From the IMG/VR virus record IMGVR_UViG_3300022173_000041, positions 9,678 to 73,677 of that record: a stretch of 64,000 bases of DNA; one strand, written 5' to 3'. The DNA is from a virus. Taxonomy: Duplodnaviria > Caudoviricetes. The stretch's first letter is position 1. The number at the start of each line of letters is the position of its first letter. Made by a program: the position numbers and the translations under genes. This document shows, in pieces, positions 10,186-20,176 of the stretch. The notes below the pieces were generated by a model. That model was given only the letters and a program-made list of their open reading frames with translations, was not told where the DNA came from and did no database searches.

Positions 10186-13100
10186 GTGGGCTCTAAAGGC
10201 AGCCAAACCACAACCAACCAAACGCAGACATATACTCCCAATGCTGCGATTGGTGGGGCGGGTAATCAGGCCATTAGCATGGCCCAAAGTGCTGCCAGTC
10301 AGCCTTTTAATCTGCCTCAGGCTCCTGTTGCTGGATTTCAGGGGGATCAAACCCAAGCTTTCCAGCAATATCGCGATCTTCAGGGCATGGCTCAGCCCTA
10401 TTACAATCAGGCCAGCGGCTACATCAACAATAGCGCCCAGCCAATTACTGGGGCCGATGTAAACCAGTATTACAATCCAATGGCGTCCAGTGTGCTTGCC
10501 AACCTGCACGAAAGTCAGGGTCAGCAAATGCATGACCTTACTGGCAGGATGACACAGGCCGCTGGTGGTGTTGGCGCTGATCGTATTGCTGTGGGTCAGG
10601 GCGAACTTGGGCGCCAGCAGAGCTTGGCAGAGGGCCAGACACTTTCTGGGTTGTACCAGAACGCTCTTAACGCAGCGCAGCAGAACAAACAGATGCAGGC
10701 CAATGCCGGGTACGGCTTGACCAACCTTGGTACGACCGCGCAGGGCGCGGCTATCCAAGGCGCTGGAATTCTCAACCAGTCAGGCAACCAGCAGCAGGCT
10801 CAGCAGCAGAACGTCCTGAATTCGCCATACCAGAACCAGCTCGCCCAACTGGCCTATCCGTTCCAGACCGCTCAGTACCTCGCTGGGATCACTGGAGGGC
10901 TATCTGGCGCCATGGGTGGCACCACGACAGGCACCGGTACAAGTCAAGGGCCAGCTCCCAGCATATGGAGCCAAATTCTTGGTGGCGGGACGGCCATTGC
11001 TGGCGGTCTGGGGGCCAGTGGTGCGTTTGGCAACAATGGCTGGCTTGGGAATGCCATGGGCACCAACGCAGCCTACGGCAACGGTAATGGCGAGTACGGC
11101 GGTAGCTCCTCCAATCCTCTTCCCGGTCTTGACGCTGGTGACTACGGCGCTGGGTACGCTGACGGCGGCGGCGTCATGGGTAGCACACCATCGTGGATGG
11201 ATGCTGCCGACATGATCGTGCCTGACATGAAGGTGCAGTCTCAGGCCAGCCCCGGCGCTCATCTTGACCTAAACCCCAATAAGGGTGGCGGTGGTGGGGG
11301 TGGCGGCGGTAGCGAGCTGGGTGACATCGCCAAGATTGCCAGCACTGTAGCGACCATCGCTCCTATGCTTTCTGACAGGCGCGCAAAGGAAAACATCAAG
11401 GAAGTCGGCAAGACCCACGATGGTCAGAAAATCTATCGCTACAATCTAAAGGGCTCTCCTCAGACCCAGATGGGGCTGATGGCGCAGGAAGTAGAGAAGG
11501 TTCATCCGGAGGCTGTTGGTAAGCGCGGTGGGTACAAAACCGTCGATTACGCAAAAGCTCTGTCCAGTGGTGGGATCGTCAACGGCCCCGGCGCCTATGC
11601 TTTTGGTGGCTCAACCTTCGATGAAAGGTTCAACGGCGGTGAAGACAATAGCGGGCCTTCTTTTGACGATAGGTTTAGTGGCTCCAATCCTCTCACTGGT
11701 ATGTTTGCTGCTGATGGGGGCGATGGCTCTTTCAATACTCCTCTTGGTGATCCTCCATCTGATTTTGCAAACCGGTTCGCTGGCGACGGCGGCGGCTCAA
11801 TGGGTGATATGTCGCGCGGAACGGCTCTGGCGCACTATCTGAATGATCCTAACGCCAGCAAAGGCACTAACGACTTTGAGACCGCTGGATCGATCAACCC
11901 TGATGATCCGGTTCGTCTTGACCCGTCAGCTACTGATAAGTGGCGTCAGGACAATCCTCTTCCTGTTGTGGCAGCCTCTGATGTTAATCCTGCATCGCCA
12001 TCTTCTCCAATGAAGAACCCTGCTGCTGCGGCTGCACCTCGCGCTGGCGCTCCAACGTCTTTGGCTGCGCCTCAGGTAAAACCAGACGACTACACCAGCT
12101 TGGATAAGGGTCTCCCGTATCCCGATCTTGATCCCAAGAACGATGTGTCGCGCAACTTTGCCAAATCGCCTTGGATGGCGCTGATCAGTGCTGGCGCCGG
12201 AATGATGTCTGGCACTTCTCCGTATGCTGGCATCAACATCGGCAAGGGTCTTCAGTCTGGCGTAAAGACGCTTGAGGAACAGCGTAGCGCATTGGCCACG
12301 GAGGAAGGCGTCAATCAGCGTGCCAAGCAGTTGATGCAACAGGCTCAATTCCATCTTGATCAGTACACCAAGATGACGCCTTACCAGCAGGCTGAGATCG
12401 CTAACCGCAAAGAGATGACTGAGATCGCCAAAGCCAACGCCAACCTTAAGGGGTGGGTGGCTGGCCCTGAGAATATGGTTAACGGCGAAAAGACTTTTAT
12501 GAAGCCTTCTACCGGCGAGGTTCGCATCATTAAGTCTGATGGGTCGGTCATCAGCGGCAACATTGATGATCCCTCCAGCTTCACCAAAACTGGTAAGTCA
12601 GGCGCGGCTGTTCCTGTCTCAAAAGAAGAACAACCCCCGCCGCCTATGGGTCAGAAAGAGCTGTCTAGCGACCTTAAGCCGCCTGAGAACGCCATCAACC
12701 CTTCGATCTATCGCAAGGGCTCTCCTGCTTTGGCTCAAGCCACTCAGGAAATGAAGAACGTTACACAGCTTCACACCAAGGAAGCCAACAACCTTGGTAA
12801 CGAGAAGTTGCTGGTCGATAACAGTAAGCAGGCTTACGGCGTGCTTATGAAGGATCAGGATCAGGACGGCTTCCTGACGAAACTGGCTACCATGCGCGGC
12901 AACAACGTCGATGAGCGCGTAAGATATGCTAGGTCATTGAACGAAGCGGCTCGCGCTGCTGGCAAGCCTCCTGTGATTAATCCTGAGAAGATCGCGGCGA
13001 TGGAAGTCATCTCCAAGGATCAGAAGACCCTTGGTATGTTGTTCGCCTCCAATCTGTCTTCCCGTGAGGCTTTCGCTGGTCAGCAAGTAGGTATTGAAAG

Positions 13101-13458
13101 CACTCCCGGCTTGACACAAAGCCCGTTGGGTATGCTGCGGTTGCTGGCCGGTTATGACGCGCAACTTCAGTACACCACTGACAAGCACGCCTTCTTCACC
13201 AACTACATCAAGAAGTACGGCGTTGCGACCGGCTGGGAACAAGCGTTCGACAAGCAGAACCCGCCTGATCGCTATGTCGTGCGCTCAATGATGGAGAACC
13301 TGCCCAACCGCAGAGCTGCTGAGAAGCTTCCTGAGGCCGTTAAAATCCTGCGCGAACACAGGAATAACCCTGACGTTGTTAAGGGCTTCAACAAGAACTA
13401 CGGCAACACTGCAAGCTTCTGGTTGAACGGCAAATTGGACCTTCTGGGGGCGCAGTAA
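10186..13458 (+). CDS. Large DNA-ejection protein with internal peptidase S74-like (intramolecular chaperone) domain
   Basis: MGSKGSQTTT start, Gln/Gly-rich N-part, SDRRAKENIKEVG...IYRYNLKG..QMGLMAQEVEKVHPEAV...TVDYAKA. Confidence 0.7.
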   Translation: MGSKGSQTTTNQTQTYTPNAAIGGAGNQAISMAQSAASQPFNLPQAPVAGFQGDQTQAFQQYRDLQGMAQPYYNQASGYINNSAQPITGADVNQYYNPMASSVLANLHESQGQQMHDLTGRMTQAAGGVGADRIAVGQGELGRQQSLAEGQTLSGLYQNALNAAQQNKQMQANAGYGLTNLGTTAQGAAIQGAGILNQSGNQQQAQQQNVLNSPYQNQLAQLAYPFQTAQYLAGITGGLSGAMGGTTTGTGTSQGPAPSIWSQILGGGTAIAGGLGASGAFGNNGWLGNAMGTNAAYGNGNGEYGGSSSNPLPGLDAGDYGAGYADGGGVMGSTPSWMDAADMIVPDMKVQSQASPGAHLDLNPNKGGGGGGGGGSELGDIAKIASTVATIAPMLSDRRAKENIKEVGKTHDGQKIYRYNLKGSPQTQMGLMAQEVEKVHPEAVGKRGGYKTVDYAKALSSGGIVNGPGAYAFGGSTFDERFNGGEDNSGPSFDDRFSGSNPLTGMFAADGGDGSFNTPLGDPPSDFANRFAGDGGGSMGDMSRGTALAHYLNDPNASKGTNDFETAGSINPDDPVRLDPSATDKWRQDNPLPVVAASDVNPASPSSPMKNPAAAAAPRAGAPTSLAAPQVKPDDYTSLDKGLPYPDLDPKNDVSRNFAKSPWMALISAGAGMMSGTSPYAGINIGKGLQSGVKTLEEQRSALATEEGVNQRAKQLMQQAQFHLDQYTKMTPYQQAEIANRKEMTEIAKANANLKGWVAGPENMVNGEKTFMKPSTGEVRIIKSDGSVISGNIDDPSSFTKTGKSGAAVPVSKEEQPPPPMGQKELSSDLKPPENAINPSIYRKGSPALAQATQEMKNVTQLHTKEANNLGNEKLLVDNSKQAYGVLMKDQDQDGFLTKLATMRGNNVDERVRYARSLNEAARAAGKPPVINPEKIAAMEVISKDQKTLGMLFASNLSSREAFAGQQVGIESTPGLTQSPLGMLRLLAGYDAQLQYTTDKHAFFTNYIKKYGVATGWEQAFDKQNPPDRYVVRSMMENLPNRRAAEKLPEAVKILREHRNNPDVVKGFNKNYGNTASFWLNGKLDLLGAQ

Positions 13459-15482
13459 TGGCTGAGCCCACTGATTTCTTCAACGAACTATCAATGCCTC
13501 CAGCACAGGCTATTCCGCCTGAGGTTAAGCGCGTTCCTGTCACCAAGCAGGATAACCCGGCTGACTTCTTTCAGACCCTAGAACCTCCTCCTCCTGAAGG
13601 TCCTCAGTACGGTGGTCTTGAGACTGCTGCTCGTCATGGTTTCCAAGGCGTCACCATGGGGTTTGGTGACGAGCTGAAGGGATTGGCCGCAGCCAGCGGC
13701 AAGGAGCATTCGCTACCTATTCCCACAGATATCGCTCATGGTCTGGCTAGACTTGGCTGGCAGAAGCTTACTGGTGGAACAGATGCCTCTGAGGCTTACA
13801 CCAAGGCTCGCGACGAAGATCGCCAGACGCTTGAGCAATCTCACATTCAACATCCTATTATCGGCACTGGCGCTGATGTTCTTGGCTCTATGGCTGTTCC
13901 GGGCGGCTCCATGCTTAAGGGAGCGACGATGGGCGCCAGAGCGCTTCGTGGCGCCGGTCTTGGTATCCTTCAGGGTGGCGCGCGTGGTGCTGGTGACGCG
14001 CCTGAGATGGAAGACGTTCCGAAGAGTACAGCCACGGGGTCCATTATAGGTGGTGTTCTTGGCGGTCCAATGAATGCTGTGCTGGGTCCTCGCGTCATGA
14101 GCCCGGCACGCAAAGCCCTAATGGATGTGGCAGACAAATATGGTGTTCAACTTCCTCACTACATGGTCTCTGATAGCCCCATCGTGCAATTCTACGGCAA
14201 GGGTATGGATCAACTGCCATTCGTCGGCGGCGCCATCACCAGAGCGGGAGATAAAGCCAAGGCTGGGATCAAGGACATCAGAGATGAGTTCGTGGACAGC
14301 GCGACTGGTTTGTCGGGCACCGCTCCCACTGAAGCCAGAGAAATAGCCTCTACGGCAGCCACTAAAGCTCGCGATCAGTTTGTTGAGGACGCCAAGAAGG
14401 TATCGACGCAAAACTATGACGACATTACTAATCTTATGGCTAATCCAAGAGCGCGCATCTCTCCTTCCAATCTACAGAATGAGATTGCCGATCAAGCCGC
14501 GAAACTAACCACTTACGCTGGTGATGCAGGACCTATCCTGCGTCAGGCCCATGAAGCCGCCCAAATGCAGGGTGGCATGACCTATGAAGGTATGAAGAAC
14601 CTTCGCACCAGACTTTATAACAAGTGGAAGACCATGGAAGGGCGGTCTGACACAGATCGTGCTGACTACATCGGCATTATCGGCGCTGTATCCAAGGATA
14701 TGGAAGACGTTATTAATAAGGCTGGTGGCCCTAGGGCTGTTGCCGCTTGGAAGAAAGCCAACGTCCAGCATGGCGCTGGCAAGGATATGGCTGAAGAGCT
14801 TGGAACAGCTATCGGCAAAGGGACTGGAGATACGTCTGCCGCAGACGCGATCTTTAGAAATGTCGGCGCCACACGTCCTAATATCTCTGAGATCAACACT
14901 CTAAGAAATACAATGCGTCCTGCTGATTGGGACAAGGTGCAGGCTTCAGTTGTCGCCAGAATGGGTGCTGACGATGCTGGAAACTTCAGCATGCAGAAGT
15001 TCATTTCGGCCAACAACAAGATGGCTGATGCTGGCAGGGATGCACTTTTTGGGATGGCCGGAACACCACGTCGTGATGCTTACGATGCTATCCTGAAGTT
15101 GGGACAATCTGTGCAAAACGTGGAGCGCTTCAACAACGCCTCCAAGACTGCGCCTGTATTGCTTGGCGCTGGCGCTGCACTGCAAGCATATAACGACTTT
15201 CGCGAAGGTTCTTACCTTAGAACCCCGATGGAGCTTGGCGCCGGTCTAACTCTGGCAGCCATTCTTGCTAGGCCAGCTACAGCGCGTTCCGCGACGAGGT
15301 TTGCGAACGCTATGGACAAATACATCAACAACCCAACCGCTTGGGCTGCTGGTAAAGTTCCGCAAGCCGTAGAGGTTGCCGCTCGCAACTTTGCAATTTC
15401 ACTAGCGAATTCCTCAGGTTTGGATAAAGATAAGTTAGTGAATTCATTCATTGCCCCAACCCCCATCTGGGAACAGAAGTAA
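13458..15482 (+). CDS. Putative DNA-ejection/internal virion protein
   Basis: 674 aa Ala/Gly-rich helical protein coupled to neighbours; QGVTMGFGDEL motif. Confidence 0.55.
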   Translation: MAEPTDFFNELSMPPAQAIPPEVKRVPVTKQDNPADFFQTLEPPPPEGPQYGGLETAARHGFQGVTMGFGDELKGLAAASGKEHSLPIPTDIAHGLARLGWQKLTGGTDASEAYTKARDEDRQTLEQSHIQHPIIGTGADVLGSMAVPGGSMLKGATMGARALRGAGLGILQGGARGAGDAPEMEDVPKSTATGSIIGGVLGGPMNAVLGPRVMSPARKALMDVADKYGVQLPHYMVSDSPIVQFYGKGMDQLPFVGGAITRAGDKAKAGIKDIRDEFVDSATGLSGTAPTEAREIASTAATKARDQFVEDAKKVSTQNYDDITNLMANPRARISPSNLQNEIADQAAKLTTYAGDAGPILRQAHEAAQMQGGMTYEGMKNLRTRLYNKWKTMEGRSDTDRADYIGIIGAVSKDMEDVINKAGGPRAVAAWKKANVQHGAGKDMAEELGTAIGKGTGDTSAADAIFRNVGATRPNISEINTLRNTMRPADWDKVQASVVARMGADDAGNFSMQKFISANNKMADAGRDALFGMAGTPRRDAYDAILKLGQSVQNVERFNNASKTAPVLLGAGAALQAYNDFREGSYLRTPMELGAGLTLAAILARPATARSATRFANAMDKYINNPTAWAAGKVPQAVEVAARNFAISLANSSGLDKDKLVNSFIAPTPIWEQK

Positions 15483-16429
15483 TGGTAGACCCAACCACCA
15501 CGAACCTGATCATGGCCCAACCGATACGCGCGAGCGATGTAGGTACGTGGGACGTTCCCGTCAATGGAAATACAGGCATTCTGGATCAAGCCTTTGGCGG
15601 CGTCACCACTCTGGCGCTGACCAATTCGCCAGTTACCTTAACAACCTCTCAAGCTCAGAACTCGGTCATCAGGCTTACTGGGACGCTCACTGGTAACGTC
15701 GCTATTACCATGGCGTCTATCTATAAGTTCTGGACGGTAGACAACCAACTGGTGAATAGCCCATCAAGCTATTGCGCTACAATTCTGTCTACTGGTGGCT
15801 CTGTGATCATTGGTTGCCCTCCGGGCAACACGGATATCTACTATGACGGAACCAGCGTCAAATATCGCAACCTAGACAAATTGGGTGAGTATTGGGATTA
15901 CGTTGGAAGCACAGTCCCAAGTTGGGTAACTGCATGCACGAACAAACCGTATCTCAACTGCGACGGCACTGTAATCAGCTCCGCTACTTATCCGCAGCTT
16001 GTGAACCTGTTGGGCACGACTACTCTTCCTGATAGTCGCGGCAGATATCGCGCTGCTCTTAACCAAACCACTGGTCGAATAACCTCGTCTGGTGGTGTTG
16101 ACGGCAACACGGCTTACGCTGCTGGCGGAATACAAAATCAAAGTGTCACTATCGGAACAAGTAATCTTCCAGCAAGCATCCCGTACAAAGACCCGGGGCA
16201 CACTCACGCACTAACTGGTGCCTCTAACAGTCTGAACGCCAGTATTTCAGGTGTTACTTGGCCGGGCGGCACTGGCGGCGGCACCCTTACTATTGGTATC
16301 TCGTCTGCCACTGTTGGCATTACCATCAACCCAAGCACGTCAGCAGTGGGTACTGGTAACGCTGTGTTCCTTGCCTCACTGCCTCCGTCATACGTTGGTG
16401 GTATCACCATGGTCAGGACCGGTTTGTGA
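15482..16429 (+). CDS. Tail fibre protein with tail-collar-like domain
   Basis: GTWDVPVNGN N-terminus; YLNCDGTVISSATYPQL...LPDSRGRY; DPGHTH. Confidence 0.7.
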   Translation: MVDPTTTNLIMAQPIRASDVGTWDVPVNGNTGILDQAFGGVTTLALTNSPVTLTTSQAQNSVIRLTGTLTGNVAITMASIYKFWTVDNQLVNSPSSYCATILSTGGSVIIGCPPGNTDIYYDGTSVKYRNLDKLGEYWDYVGSTVPSWVTACTNKPYLNCDGTVISSATYPQLVNLLGTTTLPDSRGRYRAALNQTTGRITSSGGVDGNTAYAAGGIQNQSVTIGTSNLPASIPYKDPGHTHALTGASNSLNASISGVTWPGGTGGGTLTIGISSATVGITINPSTSAVGTGNAVFLASLPPSYVGGITMVRTGL

Positions 16430-16854
16430 TGATGGAAATGGTTGTAGTAAAACCAACGCCATATCCGACCGGATTTATGTGGTGGTTTCGAAACGGTGAT
16501 AGCTGGCATGCGCCTGACTACAATCAGGCGAACGATGGTCCGCAGCCGTATCTTCCTAATATCAAGAACCAGTTTCTTCGGGACTTCTTGTGGTTTTGTA
16601 GAAATCCAATTGGCAACTTCATGGGATTTGTTATTGGATTTGAAGGTTCCGGTTACACAGTAAGGGGGCCGTCGCCGGTCCTTATGACAACTCTATATGA
16701 CGCCTCTCCTCGCCAATATGGCTGGAAGTGGACTTTGATAAATGGCTGGGCGCCATTTGTATCCTACTCGGGGAAGTTTGTGCTTTGGTACCTTGGCTGG
16801 CGTCCTGCCAGTGGAGGTTTTGGCTTCAAACTCAACTTCCACACGGGTGGCTAA
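16426..16854 (+). CDS. Hypothetical Trp-rich phage protein
   Basis: 142 aa, WWFRN / LWFCRNP / WYLGWR; overlaps both neighbours. Confidence 0.65.
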   Translation: MMMEMVVVKPTPYPTGFMWWFRNGDSWHAPDYNQANDGPQPYLPNIKNQFLRDFLWFCRNPIGNFMGFVIGFEGSGYTVRGPSPVLMTTLYDASPRQYGWKWTLINGWAPFVSYSGKFVLWYLGWRPASGGFGFKLNFHTGG

Positions 16855-18017
16855 TGGTTACTTGGCCTAAGGATAATCAATCCTCGCGCAACGCCTTCTA
16901 TGGTGATCCCGGTAAGGGAGAGATCGGCCCTCAGATGGTGCCGGTAGTTCCTCCGTTTGCCATGTACTATGAAGGCAAGCGCATCAAGAACATTCAGTTT
17001 CATCGCAAGGCAGCTTCTTCATTGCTGGCAGCCCTGAATGAGATTTGGGACTACTATGGTCGAGATCAGAAGAAGATCGATGCTGCTGGTCTGTCCAGAT
17101 ACAATGGCGCCTACAACCATCGCATGGTTCGTGGATCATCTACCAAGTGGTCCAACCATGCATACGCTGCCGCGATAGATATCAACGCAGATGAGAATGG
17201 TCTGTTCGCACAAGGCAATATACCTCAACCAGCAATCGACGCTTTCTTAAGACAGGGGTGGATGTGGGGCGGTTACTATTCAGGACGCAAAGACCCTATG
17301 CATTTCGAGGCTGTAGACAATGGAGGACGAAAGCCAAAGTCTCCTCCTCCTGCTTGGCCAGCCGCAATTACTCCTGTTGCTTTCATGGAAACGACATCGG
17401 CGCCGGAAGACGAGTTCGAAGACGAAGAAGCTCCTCATCCGTCCTCGTCTCAGATCAATGATCAGGGCATCAACGTCCAGCCTAAGAACAGCACCTATGA
17501 CGTTGACATTGAAATCCTACAGCACAAGCTGATCAAACTTAACTACCACGAAGTTGGTGATCCTGACGGGTACTGGGGCGGCAAGACGCGCGGCGCCGTC
17601 ACCGCTTTCATGAGTGACCGTGGGCTAACCACTGACGGTGCATTCACTACGGCGGTATCCTCTGAGCTTAACAAGGCGCTTGCTGAGAACTGGTCTCGTC
17701 CGATATCTCCGCAACGGGCGAATGCTACCGCTAGAGATATCGCTCCGAAGGTGGATGTTGTAAGGCAGACGCTGCTGCAAAAGTTCTGGGCCAAGATCGC
17801 TGCTGGTTTCGCTGCAATTGGTTTTACCGGATCATCGATCAGTAGCTGGTTTCACGAAGCAAATGAGAAGTTGGCGCCGGTCAGGGATTTCCTTAAAGGG
17901 GTTCCTCCGGAAGTCTGGTTTATCATTATTGGCGCTGTAGCTGGTCTTGCTTGGTATGCGTCTAGCCGCGCTACCAAGGCAGCCGTGCAGGATTACAACA
18001 CAGGAAAGATCAACTAA
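16854..18017 (+). CDS. Endolysin: M15-family peptidase + peptidoglycan-binding domain + C-terminal hydrophobic segments
   Basis: R...WSNHAYAAAIDIN and DPMHFE (M15 Zn ligands); LQHKL...DGYWGGKTRGAVTAF PG-binding motif; two hydrophobic helices at the end. Confidence 0.8.
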   Translation: MVTWPKDNQSSRNAFYGDPGKGEIGPQMVPVVPPFAMYYEGKRIKNIQFHRKAASSLLAALNEIWDYYGRDQKKIDAAGLSRYNGAYNHRMVRGSSTKWSNHAYAAAIDINADENGLFAQGNIPQPAIDAFLRQGWMWGGYYSGRKDPMHFEAVDNGGRKPKSPPPAWPAAITPVAFMETTSAPEDEFEDEEAPHPSSSQINDQGINVQPKNSTYDVDIEILQHKLIKLNYHEVGDPDGYWGGKTRGAVTAFMSDRGLTTDGAFTTAVSSELNKALAENWSRPISPQRANATARDIAPKVDVVRQTLLQKFWAKIAAGFAAIGFTGSSISSWFHEANEKLAPVRDFLKGVPPEVWFIIIGAVAGLAWYASSRATKAAVQDYNTGKIN

Positions 18018-18295
18018 TGCCAGTGATCCTGTTCATAGCCAACCTATTCGGCATTAGCGTCATTCGCCTAGCGATCTACGCTGCCATCGCTGTAGCTGTG
18101 GTGACTGGCGCATTGGTTATTCGGCAGCACTACGTCAATCTTGGCTGGGCTAAGCACAAAGCCGCTGTTGAAAAGCAAGACAACAAAGCCGTCGAGGCTG
18201 GCAAGGAAGTTGAGCGCAAGGTCAAAGCTTGCCTTGATAACAGCTACTGGGATGTGATTACGCAGAGCTGCAAACTGGATGAGGAAATTCAATGA
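18017..18295 (+). CDS. Putative i-spanin (Rz-like)
   Basis: N-terminal TM helix then charged periplasmic part; follows endolysin. Confidence 0.6.
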   Translation: MPVILFIANLFGISVIRLAIYAAIAVAVVTGALVIRQHYVNLGWAKHKAAVEKQDNKAVEAGKEVERKVKACLDNSYWDVITQSCKLDEEIQ

Positions 18296-18522
18296 AAAAT
18301 CTTGGGTGTATTGTCCCGGTATCAATGATCTTTTTGATTGCTGTTTTGTTGTCAGGATGTGCTGGGCACGGTCCCGGCAGCGTTATGGGCGGCGAGTGCA
18401 AGGTTTTTAATGACCCCGGTTTCGCTGTTCAAGGCAAGCGTCACAAGGACAAAGCTTGGATAGGAGAGACCCAAGAGAAGGGTATTGATGTCTGCAAGTG
18501 GAAGAGGCCGACGCACATCTAG
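18292..18522 (+). CDS. Putative o-spanin lipoprotein (Rz1-like)
   Basis: Hydrophobic leader with lipobox LSGC; ATGA overlap with i-spanin. Confidence 0.65.
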   Translation: MKNLGCIVPVSMIFLIAVLLSGCAGHGPGSVMGGECKVFNDPGFAVQGKRHKDKAWIGETQEKGIDVCKWKRPTHI

Positions 18523-18553
18523 TGTGGTCGGCTTTGAAGATTGGATTTCGGAC

Positions 18554-18820
18554 ATGCCCGGAGCATCAGGCGGCGGATCACCACCAGAGTACGGGTATCA
18601 CCCTGTAAAGACGATGCCAGAGCGTCTCGCGGCGATGGAAGTCCGCGTGGACGTTATCCGTGAAGACGTGTCCGAAATGAAGGAAACTCTTGCGGAGATA
18701 CATGAGATTATCCTGCAAGGAAAAGGCGCCAAGTGGGCGATCATTACCTTTGTAGGCGTCGTGGCCAGCATGGTAGGCGGTGCTATACAAAAGTTTTTCC
18801 CCGGTTTTCCGAAGTTATAA
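18554..18820 (+). CDS. Small coiled-coil + single-TM protein (holin/XhlA-like)
   Basis: ERLAAMEVRVDVIREDV coiled coil then GAKWAIITFVGVVASMVGG. Confidence 0.55.
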   Translation: MPGASGGGSPPEYGYHPVKTMPERLAAMEVRVDVIREDVSEMKETLAEIHEIILQGKGAKWAIITFVGVVASMVGGAIQKFFPGFPKL

Positions 18821-18892
18821 AAACTTCCATGTCAAGACTACAATCTCGGTTTAGTGGATGCTAACTGCCCTATATCAATTGGGGCAGATACA

Positions 18893-19291
18893 ATGAAACG
18901 CATCACACTAACTCTAGTTGCCGCACTTACTGTGTTTTTTATTTCTTCCAATGCGGAAGCCAAAAGGTACCACCAAAGCTACTCAAGCGGAACAGTTGTT
19001 TCGCATCCACCGGGATGTCCGCGTAGAGCCTTCTGTGGCTGCGGTGCCTCCGTAAAGGTGTTTGGAAGGCCCGTGAGGGACCTTTATCTGGCAGCCAACT
19101 GGATGAGGAAGTTTCCAAGAACTCACCCAGCGCCCGGTATGGTTGCTGCACGGCGCCATCATGTTTTCGTCCTCCAAAGCCATGTCGGCGGCTCCGTATG
19201 GATCGTCTATGACGCCAACTCTGGGGGCGGTCGCACAAGGGTCCACGCGCGAGATATCTCGCCCTATGTAGTTGTTAATCCTCATGCTTAA
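18893..19291 (+). CDS. Secreted CHAP/NlpC-like (Cys-His) putative amidase
   Basis: Signal peptide ending AEA; FCGCGA, LAANW, GMVAARRHHVF, DANSG motifs. Confidence 0.55.
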   Translation: MKRITLTLVAALTVFFISSNAEAKRYHQSYSSGTVVSHPPGCPRRAFCGCGASVKVFGRPVRDLYLAANWMRKFPRTHPAPGMVAARRHHVFVLQSHVGGSVWIVYDANSGGGRTRVHARDISPYVVVNPHA

Positions 19292-19616
19292 GATATTTGT
19301 AGCAATCCTTTTGCTGGGCATAACGCCTGCTTCAGCAAGTTCCGGCCTCGCAAGTTTCTATGGAAATGAGAGCGGAAACAAGACTGCATCCGGTGAGCGT
19401 TTCAACCAGTACGCCATGACGGCAGCCCACAGGACGCTACCTTTTGGTACGCATCTTCTGGTCAGCTATCAGCACAAGACAGTTTGTGTAAAGGTCAATG
19501 ACCGTGGCCCTTTCATAAAGGGAAGGGTTCTTGACCTATCTCTTGGCGCCGCAAGAAATTTAGGTCTCATACATAAGGGAGTTGGAATTGTTACTTATCA
19601 TGTTGGCTGCGAGTAG
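19284..19616 (+). CDS. rlpA: RlpA-like lytic transglycosylase (DPBB)
   Basis: GLASFYG...TASGERFN..AMTAAHRTLPFGT...VKVNDRGPFIKGRVLDLS.GAA. Confidence 0.9.
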   Translation: MLKIFVAILLLGITPASASSGLASFYGNESGNKTASGERFNQYAMTAAHRTLPFGTHLLVSYQHKTVCVKVNDRGPFIKGRVLDLSLGAARNLGLIHKGVGIVTYHVGCE

Positions 19617-19797
19617 CCTGCTGGCTGCTGATATCGAAGAGCCCAAGATACCGTCGCGGTTTACATGCGCTGTGGTGCGGTCGCTCTATAAGCAATACGC
19701 CAAGCATTACTCTCAGGCAGACATGGAAGCCTACCTGAGAAGTAAGGGTATCAATGAGGGAAGGATAGAGAGAGCAAAGCTCTGTCTGGTTACTTGA
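19600..19797 (+). CDS. Small hypothetical protein
   Basis: 65 aa ORF with hydrophobic N-terminus and two Cys. Confidence 0.45.
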   Translation: MLAASSLLAADIEEPKIPSRFTCAVVRSLYKQYAKHYSQADMEAYLRSKGINEGRIERAKLCLVT

Positions 19798-20176
19798 GAA
19801 AAGCCTTGGCTACTTGCTCTGCGTAATCCAGCTTTCTATCAAGTTCTTTGACGTGGCGCTCATGGCCAATCAAAGCGTCATCCTTGGTGGAGTATCTTTC
19901 GCACTCCATCTCGGCGCCAATAGAAGCAACAGAGTTACCGCCATCGCCCGGCTTTTCCCAGCGCTGATCATCGAACACCATTGTTTCAAACAGAACCGGT
20001 GGACCACCACAGCCAAATCTTTGGTCTATGCCCAAAAATACAGTTGATACGAGATACCCGGCACGCTCGTACTTAGCTATGAACCTGTTTTTCTTCTCAT
20101 AGAACTCAGCCCAAACAAGCGGATCACTAACCTCAACCGGGATACCATCCTTATCCAGTATCCAGTACATGCTCAT
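19790..20176 (-). CDS. Hypothetical phage protein
   Basis: 128 aa; VSTVFLGID..FG.GGPPVLFETMVF motif; coupled to the AAA gene. Confidence 0.7.
   Translation of the reverse strand: MSMYWILDKDGIPVEVSDPLVWAEFYEKKNRFIAKYERAGYLVSTVFLGIDQRFGCGGPPVLFETMVFDDQRWEKPGDGGNSVASIGAEMECERYSTKDDALIGHERHVKELDRKLDYAEQVAKAFLK

Noticed and set aside
10087-10758. 223-aa antisense ORF and similar long shadow ORFs (21854-22576, 11926-12354, 2266-2751)
   Set aside because: They lie opposite well-supported genes, lack motifs and RBSs, and are expected in GC-rich coding DNA
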